Below are positions 40,225 through 54,540 of a DNA stretch of 64,000 nt, one piece after another. A program made the position numbers and the translations under genes. The notes under the pieces are model-generated. The model saw only the letters and a list, made by a program, of their open reading frames with translations. It was not told where the DNA came from and ran no database searches. Every line of letters starts with the position of its first letter. The first letter of the stretch is position 1. The stretch is from Sphagnum compactum (Eukaryota), in NCBI GenBank assembly GCA_965153455.1, contig OZ234493.1, positions 3,596,001-3,660,000 of the forward strand. Direction: 5' to 3'.

Positions 40225-40315
40225 TATGCTAAAATCCCAAACTCTTGGCTTCTGCTATCGAGCCAGCTCGCTTCTAGGAAGAGTGTAGAGGTGAGAGGAG
40301 GCGGAGGGAAGAGCG

Positions 40316-40753
40316 ATGGTGACAAGGTTAGTGCTGCCGTTGCAAATCACTGTAGCTTCGGCTATTGTGCTGGCGTTGTCGGTGCGACATATTGATCAGT
40401 ACCGCCAACACTTGGAACGCTTCGGCTACAAACCATCACAAGAGGAGTCCAAGGAACAGCAGCAGCAGCAACTATCAGATTGATTTGATTCTCAATTCCA
40501 GTCTTCTACAGGTTTTTGCAGTTCTTTTGCCTTTTGTTTCAGGGCAAGGAGACAGACAACAATGGAGAAGGATCGGCGAGAGCTCTTCTTTTGTGACATG
40601 TCCTTACGGCTTACCTTCTTGAGAGACCTTGCTCTCAGCAGCAGCAGTAGCAGGAATAGATCTGTTCCGAACACTAGTTCCAGAGAGCTTGTTGGAGAGG
40701 AAAACAAAGGATTTGCAGTAAAAAATGTGCACTCTGGATCAAGCAAGGGATAG
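40316..40753 (+). CDS. Hypothetical spliced small ORF (73 aa) or non-coding transcript
   Basis: ATGGTGACAAG|GTTAGT donor at 40327. Polypyrimidine acceptor TTTTGTTTCAG ending at 40542 puts exon 1 in frame with ORF 40562-40753 (MVTRARRQTTMEKDRRELFFCDMSLRLTFLRDL...). No recognisable homology. Confidence 0.25.
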
Positions 40754-40804
40754 TCTTCATCTCTCTGTTTGCTCAATGGTTGTATATATATATATATATA
40801 AATA

Positions 40805-41790
40805 TCAATCCTGCAGTAGCCGCAGGTGACTTAGTCACCATTCTTCCTCGATGTTCCATTCAATCCATGGCTCGGTTGTAGGTATTATACAAATTGCTGC
40901 AGCAGGTAATTCTGTCAGCAGTTTTCTTGACAAGTTTGTTGTGATCTATTGCTTGGTTGTTGTTGTTGGAGTCTATGTGACTCTTGCAAGTAGGTACCTT
41001 ACCTATCCATCATTGCATGCTTCTTGCCCATTTGTTTCAATCTGTTTGCTTGTTGCATACATGAAACCTGCAAATGCTCTGAACCTTAAACCTAAAACCC
41101 TAAACCCTATCACCATTCGTTCTTGTTGATGCTTTGTGCCAATCTGTTGCTTTGGGTGTATGTTGTCTGCAGGTCCCTTTTCACCATTCGTTCTTCTTGA
41201 TGTTTGTCTCCATCTGTTGATGCTTGGTTGTATGTTGCTTGCAAGTCCCTTGTCACCATCGATTCTTCTTGATGTTTTGTTTTGTGTTGATCTTTTGCTT
41301 GTTGTATAAGTGAGTTATGCAGGTAGCTTAGGCACCCATTTATTCTTCTCAACCTTCATTTGAATCTGTTGCTCATTTTGTATATGAATCCTGCAGGGTA
41401 CTTAGTCACCATTCTTATTCATGTTTGTTTCAATCTGTCTGTTGCTTTGCTTTGTATTTGAATCCTGCAGGGGTACTTAATCACCATTCTTATTCATGTT
41501 TGTTTCAATCTGTCTGTCGCTTTGCTTTGTGTATGAATCCTGCAGAGGTACAAGTCACCATTCTTATTCATGTTTGTTTTGATCTGTTACTTGTTTTGTA
41601 TATGAATCCTGCAAGTGTCAAGTCAACCTTCTTTGTGACGTTCGTTTCAATCTGTTGTATTCTTGGTTGTGTATGAATTCCTCCAGATAACCCAATCACC
41701 ATTCCTTCTCCATGATTGTTTTCATCTGTTGTTAGTTGTATTTGAATCCCGCAGGTACCTTATTCACTGTTTCCATTCTTCTTCAATGTT
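40805..41790 (+). repeat. Minisatellite, ~13 degenerate units of ~70-100 bp
   Basis: Consensus approx. GTACTTAGTCACCATTCTTATTCATGTTTGTTTCAATCTGTTGCTTTGTATATGAATCCTGCAG; best-conserved units at 41385-41610. Confidence 0.85.
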
Positions 41791-42059
41791 TTGCAATGGC
41801 TACACAACTGCAACATGACAATCCAGTCGGTGCCAGACGACGTTGGAAAACTGGCAGATTGTTGGGTTGAATGAAAAATTTGCTAATGGTGAGCAAAAGT
41901 TAAAAATAAAATGCTCATTGTTGTTGTTTTTTCTCTTGCGAAATACCGTCGGGTATCATGAGGAAAGAAAAATTGAGTTTCCCATGAAGTATATCCGTCT
42001 TGCAATTAATCCTCAAAGTGCAAAATGCTACTCACTTGCATGCATCATATTGGGAACAA

Positions 42060-42236
42060 AATCTTGCAAAATTTTGTGCAAACTGGAAGAATATTAGGTG
42101 TCAAGATCATCACTAAAACAAATTGGAAGCAAAAGGGATAACAAATCTCGCAATTTTTGTGCAAAATGGAAGAATATTAGGTGTCAAGATCCCCGCAAAA
42201 AAAACAAATTGGAAGTTAAGGGACACACTTGCAATT
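42060..42236 (+). repeat. Imperfect ~83 bp tandem duplication
   Basis: TTTTGTGCAAA.TGGAAGAATATTAGGTGTCAAGATC...AAACAAATTGGAAG occurs twice. Confidence 0.8.
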
Positions 42237-43031
42237 TCAACAAGCAAATTAGTTTTAGGGTTTAAAACTTCATTACTTAGGATTTGGGATTTAACAAGTA
42301 AAACTAACACAAAAATGAATTAAAGTTTGGCAAGTTTTTACATCAAAAAGGAAGTTTTTATCTTTCTCTCCTTTTTTGATTTTTCATATTCTTGCAAATA
42401 AAAGTTTTGACAAGTTTATGTTCTAAATTTATCATTTTCTTGTAATAAAGTTGGGCAAGTTTTTACATCCAAAAAATTGTCTACTTGCATGGATTCTTCA
42501 GGATGATAAATCGTCTATTTCGTACATCCCCTCAGATTCTAGGTTAGAATTTTCCGAACCACTGGCCGAACCTAATCCGAACCTGGTTTTAGGTCTGGGT
42601 AGCCGGGTCTCTCTCTTCTCTCTCTTCTCTCTCTCTCTCGCTATTTGCAAGAACGCTGCGCAAAAGCCGACCTCTTCACGCCCGTCGTCGCCCCTGTTGC
42701 CGCTGCCGCTTCTCGTGCACTGCTGCTGCTGCTGCTCCTCCGCCTCCTCGCTTGCCTACTCGGCTGCTGCTTCGGTACGTCTACTGGTCTCCTCTCCTTT
42801 TTGCACTTCGTAGAGGATCTGAAGTTTGTTTGAAGAGAAGAGTGCAGCAAAGATAAATTAGCAGCCGCAGCCACTGAGTTAGTCAAGAGCTTGGTCTCTC
42901 AAACGATTTGACTACCATTTTGGATCGTTGTTGTGAGGAAGAGGGGGGGAGGGAGATTTTAGATTGGGAGGGATGGTGAGGAATGGGTGCGTGATGATGA
43001 TGTGCTGCGTAAACAGGAAGAAGGGGTTGCG

Positions 43032-44260
<1,229 letters not shown>

Positions 44261-44966
44261 AGCCCTTAGATGACAGGCACTTTTTGCCTAATCTTTGGGT
44301 GGTCAAAATTGAGGGTAACTCTGCCATTTTGTTTAAGAAAGATGTAAGGTGGTGGAGTATATTGAAATTTGCAGATTTTCTGTTCACTTATTGTTTCTGA
44401 TCCTGGGCACTGGGCTATCAAGTTTATGAAATGTATCATACACTGTCAACCAGACCATATTTTTGTGGTTTGGCAAATTCTGGGTACTGGTGTGCAAAAA
44501 AATTGGGCTATCAAATCCCCTAATTACCTCACACTCTCAACCAGACTCTAGCTGACACTTTTACCAAGTGTTGTCAAAGTGCCAATATGAATCATTAATA
44601 TTTGATTAGCAAGAACTTATTGTGTCCTTAATTGATTGTAACTTTGTTACTTAGAAGATAGAGATTTGAAAGTTAATTCCTTTGCACTGTTGCACAAAAA
44701 GCCGAGGGCCCGGAAATATGCCTGATTCCACCAATCTGCCAAAAAAATTCCTGTGTTAGGGGAAGGGTTCTGAATTGGAATTTGACTGCCACAAAACTTT
44801 GTTTGTGGGTGGAGGTTTATTCCCCACTGAAGGGATCTTCTGTTTTTGGAGAGTTCTTCCATGTTTTACGGAGGGCTCTTCCCTTGTGTAAGGGATCTTC
44901 CATTTTTCTTGGATCTTCTTATCTAAAAATTTGAAGACAATTCTTTTGCAGCATCAATACAGTGTC

Positions 44967-45065
44967 TAAGGCCCTTGGATGAGGGCAGTACCAGAAGAAG
45001 CTCGATTGTGTGTGGCCTGCACCTAGAGCTCCCCCTTCTTCTGGTAATGGCCCCGGCCCTAGAGT
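44967..45065. mobile_element. Short hairpin (MITE-like) element downstream of RPS15A
   Basis: GGGCAGTACCAGAAGAAG pairs with CTTCTTCTGGTAATGGCCC; similar to 54430-54540. Confidence 0.55.
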
Positions 45066-45884
45066 CTCACCCTACAACAAAACCCTAGGGTTTCCTGGCT
45101 GCTCATAATTTGAGCTGCTTGATTATTTGATTACACTGAATGCCTACATGCTGAATTCATGTGATATGACAATGGGGTCGTATAATTCAGCAAATTCAGA
45201 AACAGTTTTCTTGTGAAAGAAAAAAAAGAATCTAATGAGATATTTGGGGATATCTCATTAGTAATGGAACCCTCAAAATTAGTTAATGGGGTGTACACTT
45301 ATTAACTACAATGGTTTAGTTCAGTTGCTAACCAAGCTAATGTACTAAACCATTTACATGTATCTACTTACCTAGTACTCACTTACTTTTCTACCCATGA
45401 ATTTACGTATGTAACCCATTTTCTATCTAGCATCCTACCTATAGGGTCTAGTAGCCACCTATTTTCCTACATGCCTAGTTATGAGATCTGTAAAGAAGTA
45501 ACCCAGAAAGGGTTAGGGAGTGTGGGTGCCGGTTCTTTACTTGGTTTTTTACAATATCAATAACTGGTGGGTAGGTTATCGATATCCTTATTGATAGGCA
45601 GGTTGATACTCAGTTGTTTTCTCAGCTCCCTAGGTAGATAAGGTTAGCTCATTTGCTTTTTTGACTACCTACCTATCAGCATCTCCATGAGCACATTGCA
45701 TAGCATGTTTTGGATGAAGATTCATAAAAACTTGACCTGACTGGCTCAGTAAAATGGTTTTGGCTCAGCATTTTTGCTCCATATGCTTATTACTAAGGCT
45801 GACAAAAGTCATTGCACAGTCTAATGGCATGTGGACCAATCAATATATGTTGATTTTTTAGAGTCCAAGTACTCGTCCTTATTA

Positions 45885-46250
45885 GAGCATCTCCACCAGT
45901 ATGTCACTCTCGATAATAAAATTAAATGTCTAAGTTTAGCGGTTTTTGTTTTGGCAACCCCACCAACAGAATTGTAACTGGAACTGCATATATGTGGGAA
46001 TTACTAATAGCAAACCACCTGGACCAATCATGTGATCAACCAATCAGAAATACTGAATCGCAATCAGGTCCAATTGAATTACACTCCTTTTTGGAGGTCC
46101 ACAACTGTGTTGCGCCTTTCACCAGCCACGGCAAGATGCACAAATTTGGTGCAGAAGAGCCGATTTCCTCAGCTGAACCGGCACATTTTGACTTTTTCAC
46201 AATAAATTTTACTGTCTGGAGTCACATACTGTGCACTGGTGAAGATGCTC
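45885..46250. mobile_element. Intact Tourist-like (PIF/Harbinger) MITE, 366 bp
   Basis: TIRs GAGCATCTCCACCAGT ... ACTGGTGAAGATGCTC (15/16 match), flanked on both sides by TTA (45882-45884 and 46251-46253), the PIF/Harbinger-type TSD. Confidence 0.88.
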
Positions 46251-46290
46251 TTAGACTTCCCCCTTAGTTAATTGAAGGGGAAGAAGGCCA

Positions 46291-46324
46291 GGTTTAGGGT
46301 TTATGGGTTTAGGGTTTAGGGTTA
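46291..46324. repeat. Interstitial telomeric repeat (TTTAGGG)n, ~4-5 units
   Basis: GGTTTAGGGTTTATGGGTTTAGGGTTTAGGGTTA. Shorter tracts at ~19356-19374, ~20935-20954, ~41083-41109. Confidence 0.75.
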
Positions 46325-49027
46325 TGTGTAGGGTAACACCAAAGGAGTGGGGAGTTCCAAAGTAAGTGCCCACCCAAGGCAGAGCCAGGGGCACTTACTT
46401 GTGGAACTCCCGCACTTCAAGGGAGATACTAAATGTAAATGAAGAGACATGTATTGCTTACAAAAACTCCCCCCAAAAAAATTGATTTTGCATGTCATTC
46501 TCCTTACATGCAATTTTGAAATTGTGACCACCTTCATGACCTTAATCCAACCATGTGGCAAAAGTGTGACCAATTGGTACAAAGGTTGGACTAAGGTGGT
46601 CACAATTGATCACAACTGGTCCACGAGGTTTGATGCCTAGTTCGTTAGTCCAACCTTGTGGCAAAATCATGGGAGTGCCATGCAAGATGCAGCACTTAAC
46701 ACTTGCAAAGTTCATAAACAAGGGGGTTTTAAACAAGGGGGTTTTGAACTCGACAGACTTTTTCTACCAACATATTGATTGAGGGGAAGGGAGGATCAAC
46801 ACGGAGAAATTGTAAACTAGCCAATGCTTTAGGTTAAATAATTGGCTTGGAATTTATTTTTAAAAAATATAATGTGGGCTCCTCACAATATATATAAATA
46901 TATAAATCACTGAAAAGTTTATTTCTCTGTATTTCTTTGAAAGCACCTCTATGCATGGAAACATGCTTTTAGTTTCGTCAAAGGAAGAGACCTTCCACCA
47001 TCACATGCAGCAGACCTTCCATCATTTGCATTAAAAAAAAAATTTATTTTATTTTATTTTTTATTTTAATTAAAACCCCCTTTTGTACTTTTTGCTTGGG
47101 AAGATCTGTTCCCATGGGCTCATATAATTTTTGACCCTAATCCCTTGGGCTATTGACCCTCAAATTAGTGGAGGCCTTATGAGCGGGCCTTCCCCTATAC
47201 TGAGCACCATTGGAGATGCTTTTTAGCTTACATTTTCTTATGTATCTGCTGTATGGGCCTTGCCCTGCACAGGTGGTGCATTTTGTAAAACAGAAGAATG
47301 CCTTCCCACAAGGTCAATGCACAAGGTTGTAGGCCAATTGATAAATCTTACCTTTTTCTCTAAAACAAAGATGTGAATAAGAATATGAAAGTCCAATCAA
47401 TACAAGACTTGGCAATGTGAATTAATCAATTCTAGATTAAGACCTCCCCAAAATATTTAAGACATTTAATTATATTTCTAGGTCCAATGATTTGAATGAA
47501 TTATTGGACTTAAAAAATAGGGATGGGGCACAATTAATTTTATTTCCCAATATTTAAGATTTTTTTTTCTTTTCATTTATTTATAACAAAATCCAAAAAA
47601 AAAAAAAAATCTTTGAGTAACTTGGAAATAGGACTCATTTTTTCAATGCAATAGTCAGCTTCCAACATTGAAGGAAAGTTTTATTTACTTTCCCAATTTC
47701 CATTCCATATGAATTCTATGTGGTATTAACTTTCCTTTTATAATTGTGCTGATTTTCTTTTAAATAATCCCTAAATATTAATAATTGTTGCATCTTTTAG
47801 GTCTCTAAATATTATTATATTAAATATAATGGAGGTATTTTTTTTTAAAAGGTGAAAATTAATTATTATGAAAATTAATAGGAAAAGAAAATAATTATGA
47901 AATAAAGTACACTTAACAAATCTCACTTTGGCTAATCCTGTATTGTAATCATGATTAGCATGTAGTAATTGTGCCATGTGGGAGTTGATTAGCACTAACC
48001 CCAGAAGCATTTCTCTGTCTCCCCTGCCTGCCTCTGGCGACGTTCTCCTGTTTTGCTAATCATGATTAGTGTGTCCCAATTAAGAAGGGTGGGTTCGAGA
48101 TTAGCACTTTAGCACGCAGAAGAAGCATTTCTCTCTCTGCCTCTGGGCTGCCTAATCTTAATTATCGAATCCTGATTAGCAGCCTGATTAGATTAACACT
48201 AAGTTAATCCAGAAGCGTTTCTCTCTCTCTTCTCTCCGCTCTGCGCTCTTTCTCTTTTCTCTGTGTTGTCGCTGGTGGAGATCTCTCTCTTCTTCGCCGT
48301 GCGCGGGCGACGAGGAGGAGGAAGAGGAGGATCCGGAGGGGGAAGGAGTAGGAGGAAGCAGGAAATAAGGGAGCAGATCCAAAATCTCTCTTTTTATCCT
48401 TTCTTTCTCTTGCCGCTAGCTTCATCATCTTCTTGTGCCATGCTTTACTTCCTTCTCATGTCATCAAGCTCTTCTGACACCTTGCAGACTGCCATGGTCG
48501 TCTTTTCAGCGCTTCAGAATGTGAGCATTCCTCCACATTCTGTTGCTGTTTGTTGTTGCTGTTGTTGTTGTTGTTGAACATTGTTGTTTTGTACTTCTTT
48601 TGAGTTTCCGAAAGCAGAAGAAACTAGGAGCAGCTTGCTTCATGTTGTGATTATTGTAAGCGCAGTCGAAGAACATTCCAAGAGGGGTTTCTGCTGCATA
48701 CCTATTTTTTGAGAACTTCGACCACCAGCGATGGCGGAAAGAAAAGAAAAGAAAAGAAAGCAAAGCAAACTCGACACGCATACGTACATACAGACATAGC
48801 ATATCTTTTTTGTTCCATTTTTGCTTTTCTCCTCCTTCTTCTCTCACATCGTTTCCTCTTCAGCTGGAGACGGGTGTTGAGGTCACTGTAGAAAGAAACG
48901 GAGATCAGTTTGTTGTTGCAGATAGTTCTTATGAAGTTGCAAAGGTTCTTGTGTTGTTGTTCTTTTTGAGATTTTTGCAGAAGAAGCGGCCATTCATGCA
49001 TGCGCCTGAATGACAGAGGTTTTGTTG

Positions 49028-49031
<4 letters not shown>

Positions 49032-49071
<40 letters not shown>
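49032..49071. repeat. (CT)n microsatellite in the GSK3 5'UTR intron
   Basis: Perfect CT run. Confidence 0.9.
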
Positions 49072-49074
<3 letters not shown>

Positions 49075-49980
49075 CGATGCTTGGCCGCCCCTGCTGCTGC
49101 TTTGGTCGATGGACTGCAATACTGTAGAATGGAAAGAGCAGCAGCTTGTAGAAGAAAGTAGAAGATTTGTAGAAAGACTGCAGTATAAGAACATAGTGAT
49201 GCATCACAATGGTTTCAGAGATTGCTATGCACACTCATCATGCATGTATGAGGTGCATTCTGAAATTTCCTTTTTGCCTTCTCTCCTTCTGGTGGATGGA
49301 GTTCTTCTTCTACTACACAGGTCTGCAAGAGATAAGCTCTTCTAGTTCATGCCATTCCAGATATGCCAGAAAGAGTGATTCTGACACACATCATAAGAGC
49401 AAGCATGGTCTCTGTTTGTTTGTTTGTCTGTCTGTTTGTTTTGTTACAATCACTGGACATTTCCTCCAAGTGTTTCTCTTTTGTGTTGTGCAGAGTTTTG
49501 ACATATAGTACTATTAAGGAACTGCTCTCTTGTTGTAGGGCAGCAGCAGCACATTGTGGCTATGTTGTCATATGAACAGCTTCAATTGTGTAATTCTGCA
49601 ACATGTCCTACAGACAGAAAAATTCAGGATCCATGACTTGGAATGATCATATTATTGTTTCCTGTTGCTGCAGCTTCCCCCCACCCACTCCCTTGGATAC
49701 AAGAGATGAAACATATGAGAAGAGAGAGACAGTCAGCAGCAAAGCTGAAATTGTACTGAATGACCTGAAAGAGTTGAACCAGCCAGTGGAAGACAAAGAA
49801 GAAACTGTGGGTTCTGGAGGAGGCTTGGCAGCTGCACACCAGATCTATGGTAAAAGTAGTTCAACTTCAGAGGGGACTACCTATGGATGCATGCAGCTTA
49901 TAAGAGGACACTGGCCCAAGAACAGGTAAAACGACAGCAAGCTACCCAGGCACAGCCTGGAAAGTGGGGGGTAATAGTCT

Positions 49981-53217
<3,237 letters not shown>

Positions 53218-54269
53218 GGATATGCAGCAGGCCTACCATCAACTCAAATCTATCTCCTTTCTTGCCTTCTCACTACATCCCCATCATGGATCATCTTAGT
53301 AAAGGGACTTTTCTAATGTTCCTTTTAACTCACTCAATCTGGTTTCTTTCTTGCCTCCTTTACATTAGTGAAGGGACTTGTTAATGTTCTTTGAACATTT
53401 TCAGCCACTCACCCAGTATTCATGGTTGGAGAGTGATAGCAAGAGTTATCCTACATGAAACCCATGTTTTACGACAGGAAAGACTACTAGATGTACTAGC
53501 ATGTCTTAATTGACTACAAGGAGCTTCTAGCATGTATAGAAGTGGTTGATGTGGGCTTAAGAGCTTCCGGGGTAGTCTGGTGTCTTGAGGAGCACCTTTT
53601 GACATGAAGGTGCTGTTAGATGAGAGGGCACTTCACCAACAGCCTGCATGGATGGGATCCCTTTCTCTAGATAAAGAAAGGTACCTGGGGCGGGAAGGGC
53701 AGAAAGAAGTTTTGAGCATTCAATTTTGTTGACTGCTACACAAGACCTTGGTCCTGTTGTATGCTGGGCAGGCAAACTTGACGAGACTCAGACATGGGAT
53801 AGAAGTAGAATCTCTTTTTCTTTTTCTTATCAGAAGCTATGGAGGGGAATGGGGTTCTTTTCAAGGGTTGAAGTCAAAAGAGGCTTGAGAGTTGACATGG
53901 AGTGCACTAGTTGATTCTGATCTTGGCAACTTTGTTACATGATGTGCAACACATGGGTTGCAGAACCATGTTATGCGCAACTGGAGTACTTGGGCCCTAC
54001 TCAAAAATTCTTTTTGGTACGTTTTCAGGGTAATCACAGCCTCTGATCCTTGATGGACTTAGCCGGAGAGTCCTTTCCAGCTTGGTTATAATTGAACATC
54101 ATGATTTTTCCACTTGATTTTTCTGGGAGTGTTTCTGAAGAGAATATGGGAGTGGTGATAAATACTATATTTTTGAGCTCATAGTTGTCCCAAGCTTCAC
54201 GAAGGCCAGGGCATAGAACTTGGATATCACATACAATGGGTTTAGAACTCGTTGATAACAAATTCCTCA

Positions 54270-54540
54270 TGTATTTGGAGGGCACCTTCTAAACATGAAT
54301 ATCCCTCCTAGAAAAGAGGAGGGAACTTCCATCTACTTGTGCAGTAGCTGTAAGATCCTTCCCACTCTTAAGGAGTAGGTGCAAGAACCCTCCCCTTCCT
54401 GCGCCTCAAGATCTACATTTGTTTAGTGGTAGGCAAGGCCCAAGGTCGAGGACATTACCAGAATAAGGGTACTGCCCAAGGCAGCAGCCAAGGTGGTGCC
54501 CACATTCTGGTCACACCCTTCCTTGTCTGAGGGCCTTACC
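54270..54540. mobile_element. GTAAGATCC-module repeat plus hairpin MITE-like element downstream of GSK3
   Basis: 54270-54400 is homologous to 18560-18645. 54430-54540 has AAGGCCC...ACCAGAAT / ATTCTGGT...GGGCCTT inverted arms, and its loop CCCAAGGCAGCAGCCAAGG resembles 46373-46390. Confidence 0.55.

Noticed and set aside
40805..41790. CRISPR-like array
   Set aside because: Whole units are homologous (no unique spacers), the context is eukaryotic and there are no cas genes.
49603..49929. 108-aa ORF upstream of GSK3 as a separate gene
   Set aside because: Its ATG lies in the probable 5'UTR intron (acceptor 49673) and no homology was recognised.
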